64,000 nucleotides of DNA from an uncultured Burkholderiaceae bacterium (GTDB lineage Bacteria > Pseudomonadota > Gammaproteobacteria > Burkholderiales > Burkholderiaceae_F). The stretch covers positions 3,818 to 67,817 of the forward strand of contig CAZSOI010000040.1 of NCBI GenBank assembly GCA_964608115.1, read 5' to 3'. A model generated the notes under the pieces. The model was given only the letters and a program-made list of their open reading frames with translations. It ran no database searches and was not told the DNA's origin. Shown here one piece after another: positions 46,474 through 56,165 of this stretch. Each line of letters starts with the position of its first letter. The stretch's first letter is position 1. A program made the translations under genes and the position numbers.

Positions 46474-47487
46474 CTACGTCGGGTAGCCCGTCGGATTGGC
46501 CTGCTGCCAGGCCCAGGCGTCGCGGCACATCTCGTCGATCGAGCGCCGCGCATGCCACCCCAGTTCGCGCTGTGCTCGGCCCGGATCGGCCCAGCAGCTG
46601 GCGACGTCTCCTGGCCGTCGTGGCGCCACCACGTAGGGTACGCGCCGGCCCGACGCGCGCTCGAAGGCACGTACCGCCTCCATAACGCTGTGCCCGCGAC
46701 CCGTACCCAAGTTGTAGATACGCGTACCCCTCTGGCCATGGCAGTGGCGCAAGGCCGCAATGTGCCCGTCCGCCAGATCGAGCACGTGGATGAAGTCGCG
46801 TACGCCCGTGCCGTCAGCGGTCGGGTAATCGTTGCCAAAGACGGTCAGATGCTCGCGCAAACCGACGGCAACTTGCGCGATATAGGGCATCAGATTATTT
46901 GGGACACCCTGCGGATCCTCGCCCAACAAGCCGCTGGGATGGCCGCCGACCGGATTGAAGTAGCGCAGCAGCGTCACCGACCAGTCGGGCTCGGCCAATG
47001 CCAAGTCTTGCAGTATCTGTTCGACCATGAGTTTGGTGCGGCCATATGGGTTGGTCGCAGCCGTAGGAGCCAGCTCGGATATCGGCATGCTTTGAGCGTC
47101 GCCGTAGACAGTGGCCGAGGAGCTAAAGACAAAGGTGCGCACTCCCGCAGCGCGCAGCGCACTAACCAGCACCAAGGCTCCATGCACGTTGTTCTCGTAA
47201 TACTGCAGCGGCAGCTGCACCGACTCGCCCACGGCCTTGAGTCCGGCAAAGTGAATGACGGCATCGATGCGGTGGCGCTGCAGCAGCGCCTCAAGGCAGG
47301 CGCGGTCGCGCACGTCACCTCGGACAAACGGTGGGCGCACTCCGGTTACCGCCTCAATGCGCGCAAGCACTGCGGCCTTGCTGTTGACGAGGTTGTCGAG
47401 AATGACGGGGTGCTCGCCCGCCTCGATCAGGCGAACACAAGTCAAGCTGCCGATGTAGCCGGTACCACCGGTGAGCAAAATGTTCAT
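46474..47487 (-). CDS. galE: UDP-glucose 4-epimerase
   Basis: TGGTGYIGS, FSSSATVYG, YGRTK, LRYFNPVG, GVRDFIHV, RRPGD. Confidence 0.96.
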   Translation of the reverse strand: MNILLTGGTGYIGSLTCVRLIEAGEHPVILDNLVNSKAAVLARIEAVTGVRPPFVRGDVRDRACLEALLQRHRIDAVIHFAGLKAVGESVQLPLQYYENNVHGALVLVSALRAAGVRTFVFSSSATVYGDAQSMPISELAPTAATNPYGRTKLMVEQILQDLALAEPDWSVTLLRYFNPVGGHPSGLLGEDPQGVPNNLMPYIAQVAVGLREHLTVFGNDYPTADGTGVRDFIHVLDLADGHIAALRHCHGQRGTRIYNLGTGRGHSVMEAVRAFERASGRRVPYVVAPRRPGDVASCWADPGRAQRELGWHARRSIDEMCRDAWAWQQANPTGYPT

Positions 47488-47745
47488 CTTTGTGTGCTGT
47501 TCGATGATGCAAGGATCGCGCGCCAGGCGCATTGTGCACGCCCAAACCCGAAGGCGTCGCATGCGGGAGAAGATCGCAGGGCTTTGGCGCCGCATTTGAT
47601 TGCATTGCCATTGCTGGCGTGCTCAGAGCTTGCCAATTGCTGGCATAAAAAAAGATGCGCTTTGTCCTCAAGTTCCAGCGTTTGGGGCCGTTGAGCAAGA
47701 AAGTAGCTGCTCAAAACCCTGCCCAAAACCGTCGCAGGCACTGCC

Positions 47746-48027
47746 ATGCCCGATTCTGGCCCGCTGCAAACTCACCAAGGCGCCGCAAATTGCGCCTCTT
47801 TTGAAGAAACTATCGGTGAAATACCGATAGTAAGCGCTAACATATCAGATAGTGTCTCAAACTGCCTTGCTGCCCCGCCGCGTGACGTCGGGCGCATGCT
47901 GGAGCGATACGGCTCGGCGCTTCCGCGTTACCTGGATGCGCAACGCCTGCGTGAAATTCGCAGCTCCCACGAGCGTTGGCCCATGTTGCGGCCCCTGGGC
48001 GCGGCCAACGACAGCCGCGGCTCGTGA
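47746..48027 (+). CDS. bcsR: BcsR / BcsP-N-terminal-like small cellulose biosynthesis protein (start uncertain)
   Basis: DVGRMLERYG....RY....R......ERWPML matches the BcsR-type D..L...F/Y..Y...RWPLL pattern; its stop overlaps the bcsE start. In-frame ATGs at 47746 and 47896. Confidence 0.6.
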   Translation: MPDSGPLQTHQGAANCASFEETIGEIPIVSANISDSVSNCLAAPPRDVGRMLERYGSALPRYLDAQRLREIRSSHERWPMLRPLGAANDSRGS

Positions 48028-49757
48028 TGAACGCCCCGAGCGTGACACAAAGCATGTTTCGACGGCCCCTGCAGTCCTCGCTGGGCGCGTTTTTGGGCCG
48101 TCACTTGACTCTTGCGCCGCTGCGCTCGGGTTGGGCCGCCACAGTGCCGATCGCGGATTTGCCCGGCGGCATTGGCGTGCTGCCCAGCGGCGAGCTGAGC
48201 CTTGTGCTTGCTCAAGACGAAGGCACTCGCGCGAACTTGCTGCGCTTGGTACTTGGCAGCGCATTGCCACGGCGACGCGTGACTTGGATCTGCGCCGCAG
48301 GCAAGGCACCACAGGGCTTAACCAGTGAGGTGCACAGCGCCGCGCTGCGCCGACAGCTCTTAGCCTTTACCTGGACGCAAGAGGCCGCAACCCAGGTGCG
48401 CCAACTCGGGGCCACGCAATTGCTGCGCGAACTGGAGCTGGCGGGCACGCGCCCGCACGATCTGCTGGTGCTTGACGCCCTGGATCCTTGGTTGGGACAA
48501 GTGCCCGAGGACTCGCCTTTGGAGGCCCTCGTCGAAGAGGCAATGGGCTGCCTGCAGCGCCTGGCAAAGGCCCACCGAGGCCCTGTGCTCGCGCTGGCTC
48601 CATCGCATATTCGCGGCCAAAGCCTGTTGCCGCTACTTGCGCACGTAGGCCCTGCCCAAATTAGCGTGCTCGATCTGGCCTCGATGCAACCGCATCTGAG
48701 CGTTCTGCGCTGGCGTTCGGCGCATGGCCTTCGCGCGGGCAAAGACGGCGTCTGCTTTGCGCTGCAGCTTGGCACAGATGGCCACTGGCACTGCCGCGAG
48801 CGAAAAAGCGCCGACATGCAGCCGCTGCTGGTCTCCAGCGACGCGCAAACGACGCATGTTCAGCGCAGTGTGATGCTCGACGCGTCGGCAACGCCCGCAA
48901 CCTGGCGCGTGCACGCCAATCTGGATTCGCTGTTAGAGGCGGCCCGCAACGCGGTGGCCGCCACACTCGTACTGGCGCATGAAACTCCGCAGGACGTCGT
49001 GGCTCTGGCCGACGCGGTGTACCGGTTGCGACGCGAGCACCCGCGTCTGCTCAAAATCGTCGTGCGCGAAACCGGCGCCACGTTGCGCAAAAACGGCGAA
49101 CTGGCGCTTTTGCGTGTCGGTGCCAATGCAGTGGTTGGACGCGAACATGGTTTTGGCCACCTGATGCAGGTCATCGATGAGGTCCGCGATCAGACCTACA
49201 GCAAGAGCTCGGAAGTCGAACCCGGACCGGCGCTGCAGGCCCTGGCACCTGACCCGGTTCAAGGCTACCTTCCGCTGCCGGCCTTTTGCAGCGCAGTCGA
49301 ACGAATGCTCGAGCGCACTGCTGGAACCGCGTTGGAGCACAGCCTCGTACACATACCGCTGCTGCCGCACGTAGCCCATCTTGACGCCCTGCTGGCGTGC
49401 CATTCCCGGCGTGACGGTGATGTTGTGACCGCGGATGCGCAGGGCCTGGTACTGTTTTTGTTTGGCTGCGCGCCCGAGGACGCCATGGCCGCGCTCGATG
49501 CCTTGTTCTCGATTCCTTGTTCGGAGCTCGCGCGCATGGTCCAGATTGAGGCCGACGGCACTTCGCAGCGTCAAGTACTTGCGCGGCTGCAACGCGCCGC
49601 CGATCAGGCGCCGCTGGATTTTTCCACGGTACTGCGCGGCATCTCGCCGACGCGACGACCCACCCCGGTTCAGGCGGTGGTGCTGCCCACGCGCAGCGAG
49701 GAGGCGGCGCGCAGCGTGCATGCGCACGTTCTGCCGCTTCGCGTCGCGACCGCATAA
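48024..49757 (+). CDS. bcsE: c-di-GMP-binding cellulose biosynthesis protein BcsE
   Basis: KIVVRE..ATLR...E..LL..GANAVV, and GIL-domain RDGD (RxGD) followed by LVLFLFGC; position in the bcs cluster. Confidence 0.88.
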   Translation: MMNAPSVTQSMFRRPLQSSLGAFLGRHLTLAPLRSGWAATVPIADLPGGIGVLPSGELSLVLAQDEGTRANLLRLVLGSALPRRRVTWICAAGKAPQGLTSEVHSAALRRQLLAFTWTQEAATQVRQLGATQLLRELELAGTRPHDLLVLDALDPWLGQVPEDSPLEALVEEAMGCLQRLAKAHRGPVLALAPSHIRGQSLLPLLAHVGPAQISVLDLASMQPHLSVLRWRSAHGLRAGKDGVCFALQLGTDGHWHCRERKSADMQPLLVSSDAQTTHVQRSVMLDASATPATWRVHANLDSLLEAARNAVAATLVLAHETPQDVVALADAVYRLRREHPRLLKIVVRETGATLRKNGELALLRVGANAVVGREHGFGHLMQVIDEVRDQTYSKSSEVEPGPALQALAPDPVQGYLPLPAFCSAVERMLERTAGTALEHSLVHIPLLPHVAHLDALLACHSRRDGDVVTADAQGLVLFLFGCAPEDAMAALDALFSIPCSELARMVQIEADGTSQRQVLARLQRAADQAPLDFSTVLRGISPTRRPTPVQAVVLPTRSEEAARSVHAHVLPLRVATA

Positions 49758-49771
49758 GGGGCACCAAAGCG

Positions 49772-49936
49772 ATGCTGCAAAGCTTTCTTCAATCCTTGTT
49801 GATCGGCGCATTGCTGGCCATGGCGCTTTTTACCGCCCGCGCCCTGCTGCGACGGGCAGCGACCCGGCGAGAGCATGTCGTGCGGGTGACAGCAGGGCTT
49901 CGCTGCGTGCGTCCAATGGACCTTGGCGAGCGCTGA
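49772..49936 (+). CDS. bcsF: BcsF-like small membrane protein (54 aa, absent from ORF track)
   Basis: Manual translation MLQSFLQSLLIGALLAMALFTARALLRRAATRREHVVRVTAGLRCVRPMDLGER*: single TM with a basic tail, between bcsE and bcsQ. Confidence 0.7.
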   Translation: MLQSFLQSLLIGALLAMALFTARALLRRAATRREHVVRVTAGLRCVRPMDLGER

Positions 49937-49938
49937 AA

Positions 49939-50709
49939 ATGCCTTGCATCGCCGTCGTTTCGCCGTGCGGAGGAAGCGGCCGTAGCACGCTGACCGCGTC
50001 GCTGGCCACGCTCACCGCGCGTAGCGGCGTCTGGGGCCTGGCGGTTGAATGTGATCCCCAAAACCTACTTGCGCTGCACTTTGGTGCCGAACAAGCCCCC
50101 GTCGAGGGTCTTGCCAGCCGCGCTGCGCGAGGCATGGTCTGGAACACGGCCGCGCTTGCGGCCAGCGACGGAACACTGATCCTGCCGTTTGGGACCATGG
50201 ATGCTCCGGCACTGGTGGACTGGGAACGTCGGCTCATTGTTGAACCCGACTGGTTGAGTGCCCGCCTCGATACGTTGGCGCGGCCCGCCGAGAGCTGGAC
50301 GTTCATAGATACGCCCCGCGCGCCCTCCGTATTAACGCGCCAAGCAGTGCGCGCGGCCAATGCGGTTCTCCTGGTGCTGCGTGCCGACGGAGCCTCGATG
50401 TCCCTGCTCGAATCGGCGCTCACAATGCTGGACGACAAGCCCGTACTGGCGGTGGTCAACGCCTTCGACCCGGGCCGCGCGTTACAAAAGGACGTATTGG
50501 CGGTGTTCTATGAACGACTCGGCGAACGGCTCTCGCCCTACCCCGTGCACCGCGACGAGGTCATACCCGAAGCTTTTGCACGCCGCATGTCTCCCGAAGA
50601 CCACTCGGCCCATGCCCAGGTGATACACGACCTGCATGGGCTTTTGGGCTGGATTCAGCGACAATGCCGGCTTATGACGGAACCGCGAACCGGCAGTAAT
50701 GTTCTCTAA
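49939..50709 (+). CDS. bcsQ: MinD/ParA-like ATPase BcsQ
   Basis: AVVSPCGGSGRST, VECDPQNLLALHFG, LILPFG, HRDEVIPEA. True start is ATG 49939, not 49435. Confidence 0.9.
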   Translation: MPCIAVVSPCGGSGRSTLTASLATLTARSGVWGLAVECDPQNLLALHFGAEQAPVEGLASRAARGMVWNTAALAASDGTLILPFGTMDAPALVDWERRLIVEPDWLSARLDTLARPAESWTFIDTPRAPSVLTRQAVRAANAVLLVLRADGASMSLLESALTMLDDKPVLAVVNAFDPGRALQKDVLAVFYERLGERLSPYPVHRDEVIPEAFARRMSPEDHSAHAQVIHDLHGLLGWIQRQCRLMTEPRTGSNVL

Positions 50710-53122
50710 GCTGCTCGCTGCCGGCGCGCGGGCGCTGGAGGTCGAGCATCCAAAGCGCTGGCGCAGTTGGCTCTGGCGCCTGTTCATTCGACCGAAAACC
50801 ACGACGAGCTCGCGCACCGCGCGCGCCTTTGACGCCACCCTAGCATGGCTCGCACGAGCTTTGGAGGTGCGCCGGGCCCAGCCCGCCGATCGCTTGCGCG
50901 CAGCTCTGATCGCGACCGCGCGCTGGGCGTATGCGCACATCCCTTCCATCGACCACGACCGTTTTGGCAGGTGGTTGGAGGCAGCCGCCGATGCGCCGTG
51001 GCTGCAGCGTCTGCCCGTACGCCTGCTCGGAATCGCCATTTGTACAGCAGCGTTTTGGTTGGCGGTCACCACGCCGTTTAACTGGATCTCCCAGCTCGTT
51101 TTTGGCATGGCGCTGTGCCTGCTCGCGATCCAGATCCGCAACACCCCCGGCACGGTGCCAACGCTGATCCTAATGACGCTCGCGCTCGTTGCGTCCTGCC
51201 GCTACGGCTGGTGGCGCATCACCCAGTCGATGGACCTGGATCCCGGCTGGGAAAGTGTGCTGGGCTCGTGCCTGCTGGCCGCCGAGGTCTACGCCTGGCT
51301 GATCATGTTGCTTGGATTTTTGCAATGTGCCTGGCCGCTTAAGCGCCAGACCACGTCGCTACCCGAGCGTGTGGAGCGTTGGCCTCACGTCGACATTTTC
51401 ATTCCCACCTACAACGAACCCTTGGCCGTTATCCGGCCCACGGTGCTTGCGGCCAAAGGAATTGATTGGCCACCCGAGAAATTGCGCATCTACGTTCTCG
51501 ATGACGGGCGACGCGAACCGGTGCGGCAGTTTGCACTCGAAGCCGGGGTGGAGTACCTCACGCGACCCGACAACAAGTTTGCCAAGGCCGGCAATCTCAA
51601 TCACGCGCTAACCCAGACCAAAGGCGAATTTATCGCGATCTTCGACTGCGACCACCTGCCCGTGCGCTCGTTCTTGCAGACCTGCATGGGCTGGATGCTG
51701 CGCGATAAGCGATGCGCCATGATCCAGACGCCACACCATTTTTTCTCCCCCGACCCCTTTGAGCGCAACCTGGAGACGTTTCGCCGCATTCCCAACGAGG
51801 GCTCGCTTTTTTACGGACTCGTGCAAGATGGCAACGACTTTTGGAATGCGACGTTTTTCTGCGGCTCCTGCGCTGTGCTGCGACGCGCTCCGCTGCTTGA
51901 GGTCGGTGGCATTGCCGTGGAGAGCGTAACCGAAGATGCGCACACGGCCTTGAAGCTGCACCGGCATGGCTATACCACCGCCTACCTGAACATGACGCAG
52001 GCCGCGGGTCTGGCTACCGAAAGTCTGGCAGCGCACGTCGGGCAGCGCATCCGTTGGGCCCGGGGAATGGCACAGATTTTTCGGCTCGATAACCCGCTTT
52101 TGGGTCGCGGACTGAGCTGGATGCAGCGCCTTTGCTACAGCAACTCGATGCTGCATTTTTTTTACGGCATTCCGCGCCTCGTCTTTTTGACCGCACCACT
52201 TGCCTACCTGTACTTTCAGCTGCACATCATCCGTTCCTCAGCCACGATCTTCGCGCTGTATTTGCTGCCGCACTTGGTGCTCCCGCACATCACGACCGCA
52301 CGCATGCAAGGGGCCTACCGCCATTCGTTCTGGGCCGAAGTCTACGAAACGGTGCTGGCCTGGTACATCACGCTGCCGACAACGATCGCCTTTGTGAACC
52401 CGCACAAGGGCAAATTCAATGTCACGGCCAAGGGCGAATTGGTGCAACGCACGCACTTTGACTGGCGCATCTCGCGGCCGTACTTTGGCTTGGTGCTGCT
52501 CAATGGCATCGGCCTTCTCATTGGGCTAATACGGCTTGTGTCCTGGAACCGGTTCGAAGCCGGCACCGTCGTGCTCAACCTGCTGTGGACCACGTTTAAC
52601 CTGCTCATGCTCGGTGCGGCCATCGGCGTAGCACATGAACGACGCCAAGTGCGCGTCTTTCATCGCGTTGTCGCACGTCTGCCCGTGAGCCTGTTGCTGC
52701 CAAACGGACATACGCAACGCTGTTACACCAACGACTACTCGCTCAATGGCTTGGGACTGGAGCTTGCCGAGGAGCTTGCGCTGGAGCGCGGAACGACGCT
52801 GCAGGTAACGATGGAGTCGGGTAACGTCGAGCATGCGTTTACCGCGCGCGTCACAGCCCAGCGGGGCAATTACATGGGTGTGCAGTTCGTTAACATGACG
52901 CTGCGACAGCAAGAGCAGCTCATCCAGTGCACATTTGGCCGCGCCGATGCCTGGTCGCGCTGGCAAGAACAATATGCAAGTGACCTGCCATTGCGAGGGC
53001 TCTGGGAGATTGCCACCCTTGGCCTGCGTGGCTACGCCCAACTAGTGCGTTGGGCGCTGCTCGAAGCCCGCCGCTATCTCGCCCCCTGGGGACCGCGCGC
53101 CGCGGCACCTGTGGAATCTTAA
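50699..53122 (+). CDS. bcsA: Cellulose synthase catalytic subunit
   Basis: PTYNE, DDG, KAGNLN, FDCDH, QTPH, TEDAHT, QRIRW, FNVTAKG; PilZ RVFHR and DYSLNG intact. Confidence 0.98.
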   Translation: MFSKLLAAGARALEVEHPKRWRSWLWRLFIRPKTTTSSRTARAFDATLAWLARALEVRRAQPADRLRAALIATARWAYAHIPSIDHDRFGRWLEAAADAPWLQRLPVRLLGIAICTAAFWLAVTTPFNWISQLVFGMALCLLAIQIRNTPGTVPTLILMTLALVASCRYGWWRITQSMDLDPGWESVLGSCLLAAEVYAWLIMLLGFLQCAWPLKRQTTSLPERVERWPHVDIFIPTYNEPLAVIRPTVLAAKGIDWPPEKLRIYVLDDGRREPVRQFALEAGVEYLTRPDNKFAKAGNLNHALTQTKGEFIAIFDCDHLPVRSFLQTCMGWMLRDKRCAMIQTPHHFFSPDPFERNLETFRRIPNEGSLFYGLVQDGNDFWNATFFCGSCAVLRRAPLLEVGGIAVESVTEDAHTALKLHRHGYTTAYLNMTQAAGLATESLAAHVGQRIRWARGMAQIFRLDNPLLGRGLSWMQRLCYSNSMLHFFYGIPRLVFLTAPLAYLYFQLHIIRSSATIFALYLLPHLVLPHITTARMQGAYRHSFWAEVYETVLAWYITLPTTIAFVNPHKGKFNVTAKGELVQRTHFDWRISRPYFGLVLLNGIGLLIGLIRLVSWNRFEAGTVVLNLLWTTFNLLMLGAAIGVAHERRQVRVFHRVVARLPVSLLLPNGHTQRCYTNDYSLNGLGLELAEELALERGTTLQVTMESGNVEHAFTARVTAQRGNYMGVQFVNMTLRQQEQLIQCTFGRADAWSRWQEQYASDLPLRGLWEIATLGLRGYAQLVRWALLEARRYLAPWGPRAAAPVES

Positions 53123-53236
53123 TCTCGAGCAAGAGTACGATCCGCACCGCGCCGATCGTTGCGGCGCCGCTTCACCACAGCCGGTATTGCGCGTAACGCT
53201 TATCGCGGCTCAAACAAGGGCCGCAGCACCGTCACA

Positions 53237-54811
53237 ATGGGCGCCTGGAGCCTTTATTTTCTTGCCAAGCTGGGCCTGTACTACGCGCACCGCATCGAGC
53301 TGCAGTGGCTGGCCAATTTCGCTTTCGCCGTGGCGCTGGCCCTGCCGCTGCAGCGCACCGCTGCCAGGCGCATACGCACGCTGCTGGCGATCCCGGCCGC
53401 AATCGCGCTGCTATACGACGAGCTGCACCTTCCGCCCTGGACACGGCTCATTGAAGATGCGGCCGCACTTGCCAACTTCCGCGCAGACTACCTGCTCGAG
53501 CTAGCCTCGCGGGCCCATTTGCCGCTATTTCTCGCGGCCCTGGCGTTGATGGCGCTTGCCTATGTGCTGCTTCGCCATCGTTTGCGATTTGCGACGTTCG
53601 TCTTTATTGGTCTCGTAATTGCGACCGTCGTTCCGCCTTCGGCACCCGCGCCGGCCGCGGTGCCCGCCCGGCCTTTCATACGTGCTGGCGAGCCGCAGGA
53701 GGCGCAAGCGCCACTTTCGCCCTTCGCGCTCGAGGAGGTGCTGCGAACCTTCTACGGCAGCGAACACGGTAAGAGCGTCAACTTTGCCCGCGTCGGCAGC
53801 GCGCGTTTTGACCTGGTTCTGCTGTCCGTGTGCTCGCTGTCCTTCGACGACCTAACCTACACCCATATGCGCGATGATCCGTTCTTATCGCGCTTTGATA
53901 TCGTCTTTGAGCAGTTCAACACGGCAGCCACCTATAGCGGCCCGGCGCTGCTGCGACTGCTGCATGGGACCTGTGGACAAACACCGCAGGGCGAGCTCTA
54001 CAGCGGCACAGCGGCCGAGGGCTGTTACTTGTTTCACAGCCTGGCCGCTGTGGGCTACCAGCCCGCCTTGCTGCTCAACCACGACGGGCAATACGACCAC
54101 TTCGCCCAACAGCTGCGCGAGCAAGGCGGCATGGGGATCGACCCGGAGGACAATCGTTCCTCTGCGGTCTTCATGACCGCTTTCGATGGCACGCCGTTGC
54201 GGCCCGACTTTGATGTGCTCTCGCGCTGGTGGTCGCGCCACCAGCACGACGAAGGCTACAACGCCCTGCTCTATAACACGATCAGTTTGCACGATGGCAA
54301 TCGCGTGGGCGGTCAGCTCATGCGCAGTAGCATCGATTCGTACACACCGCGCCTGCGGCACCTCTTTATCGATCTGGGTCGGTTCATGGACCTTATCGAG
54401 GCAAGCGGGAGGCCCACTGCGATTGTCCTCATTCCAGAGCATGGTGCCGCGCTGCGCGCCGACGCGAACCAAATCGCAGGAGTGCGCGAGCTGCCAACGC
54501 GTGCCATCACAAATGTTCCCGTAGCGGTCAAATTGGTCGGATTTCCGCATTTGCGGCATGCGGCCTCGCAACCGCTGGTGGTCCAAAGGCCGTCGAGCTA
54601 CCTTGCTCTTACGGCGCTTATCGCCGGACTCACCCAACTTGGCCCGAACGAGGCAACTCCCTCGGCTGTGCAAGCATTGCTGGCCGCCTTACCTTCCACC
54701 CAGTGGGTGGCCGAAAACGAGGGTACGGTATTGCTGCAGCGTGCCAGCCGAAGCTACCTGCGCTCACCCGGCGGGGAGTGGACCGATTTTTACCCTATGA
54801 GCGCACCGTGA
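53237..54811 (+). CDS. bcsG: Cellulose phosphoethanolamine transferase
   Basis: MGAWSLYFLAKLGL, VCSLSFDDL, TYSGPA, LYNTISLHDGNR, IPEHGAAL, NVPVAVK. Confidence 0.93.
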   Translation: MGAWSLYFLAKLGLYYAHRIELQWLANFAFAVALALPLQRTAARRIRTLLAIPAAIALLYDELHLPPWTRLIEDAAALANFRADYLLELASRAHLPLFLAALALMALAYVLLRHRLRFATFVFIGLVIATVVPPSAPAPAAVPARPFIRAGEPQEAQAPLSPFALEEVLRTFYGSEHGKSVNFARVGSARFDLVLLSVCSLSFDDLTYTHMRDDPFLSRFDIVFEQFNTAATYSGPALLRLLHGTCGQTPQGELYSGTAAEGCYLFHSLAAVGYQPALLLNHDGQYDHFAQQLREQGGMGIDPEDNRSSAVFMTAFDGTPLRPDFDVLSRWWSRHQHDEGYNALLYNTISLHDGNRVGGQLMRSSIDSYTPRLRHLFIDLGRFMDLIEASGRPTAIVLIPEHGAALRADANQIAGVRELPTRAITNVPVAVKLVGFPHLRHAASQPLVVQRPSSYLALTALIAGLTQLGPNEATPSAVQALLAALPSTQWVAENEGTVLLQRASRSYLRSPGGEWTDFYPMSAP

Positions 54812-54926
54812 GTGCAGTTTTGCTGCAGTTGCTTTTTTCTAGGTGTCGTGACAGATTGCGACCGGCCGCGCCGCAGAAGGCGTCTCCGACCAGTGTCCAC
54901 TCGTCTTTTCTTTTTATGGTAGCCCC

Positions 54927-55853
54927 ATGACTGTTTCTGCTGCACGACTTAACGACCGCTACGGCCTGCTGGGCCAGGTCGAATTCCGCGATGCACCCGA
55001 TGGGCTGATTTTTGCCGATGTGCAAAACGATTTGGCGCAGGCCACGCTATGTCTGCAAGGGGCGCACCTTACGACCTGGCGGCCGCGCTCGCAGCAAGTC
55101 CCTGTGATCTGGATCTCCGCGGCGGCACAGTACGCAGCGCGCAAATCCATCCGCGGCGGCATTCCACTGTGCTGGCCCTGGTTCGGGCCGCACGGTTCCC
55201 ACAGCCATTTACCGAGCCACGGCTTTGTACGCACCATGATTTGGGAGATGCGAAATTGTCAGCGCATGGGTGGTGGCGAGACGCAGCTCACGCTGGAGCT
55301 AAGCGACAACGAGCACACGCGCGCCCTGTGGCCACATCATTTTCACCTCCAATTGCAGCTCACGATCGGCGTATCGCTCAGCGTGGAGCTGATTACCTCC
55401 AACACCGGCATCGCGGATTTTGAGGTCGGGGAGGCGCTACACACGTATTTTCAGGTTAGCGACATCGAGGCAGTTCGCATACTCGGGCTCGATGGCGCCG
55501 AATTCCTCGACAAGGTCAATGGCGGCCGCAGGGCGCGGCAAGAAGGCGCCGTGCGGTTTCGGGGCGAGGTCGACCGGGTCTACGTCAATAGCGTGGCCGA
55601 CTGCGCGATCGAGGATGCGGAGCTGCGCCGGCGCATACACATTTCCAAGTCCGGCAGTCGCTCCACCGTCATCTGGACTCCATGGGAACAAAAAGCCAGG
55701 CAAATGGGGGACCTGGGACAAGGCTCCAAGGACCAGGGCGGATGGCGAGAGATGGTTTGCGTGGAAAGTGGCAACGCGCTTGAAAACGCGGTCCGCGTGG
55801 CACCAGGCGCGGAGCATCGCCTAAACGCTTTGTATCGAGTCGAGGACTTCTGA
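54927..55853 (+). CDS. D-hexose-6-phosphate mutarotase (YeaD / aldose 1-epimerase family)
   Basis: QGAH, IRGGIPLCWPWFG, HGFVR, ALHTYF, EVDRVY, MVCVESGN. Confidence 0.92.
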   Translation: MTVSAARLNDRYGLLGQVEFRDAPDGLIFADVQNDLAQATLCLQGAHLTTWRPRSQQVPVIWISAAAQYAARKSIRGGIPLCWPWFGPHGSHSHLPSHGFVRTMIWEMRNCQRMGGGETQLTLELSDNEHTRALWPHHFHLQLQLTIGVSLSVELITSNTGIADFEVGEALHTYFQVSDIEAVRILGLDGAEFLDKVNGGRRARQEGAVRFRGEVDRVYVNSVADCAIEDAELRRRIHISKSGSRSTVIWTPWEQKARQMGDLGQGSKDQGGWREMVCVESGNALENAVRVAPGAEHRLNALYRVEDF

Positions 55854-56165
55854 GCTCGTCGCTTTCACGTTTTGGCGCCAATTCGCGCTCGCGTTAGCGC
55901 AGTGCCGGCAAGAAGCAACGCGCGTTTGGCGCAAGGCTTTGTGCGAGCCGTCCTTTCGCGGTCGATCCGTCCGTTCGATGCTGCCAAAGCCGCCTGTGGC
56001 GCCATGCCGCAGCGAGCGCATCAGCTGCCGTCGGCAAACGCGACAATTACGGGCCTTTTTCGCTTTTTTCCACAAATCGCGTAGGCGCACTCTTGGCCAA
56101 ACTTCTTTGATGCGAAAACGCTACATCGCGATTGCCGGCGCCGATCCCACCGAAGAAATCGTGCC

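Noticed and set aside
49435-49938. N-terminal extension of the bcsQ ORF in the track
   Set aside because: It overlaps bcsE and the bcsF-like gene; BcsQ homology starts at ATG 49939.
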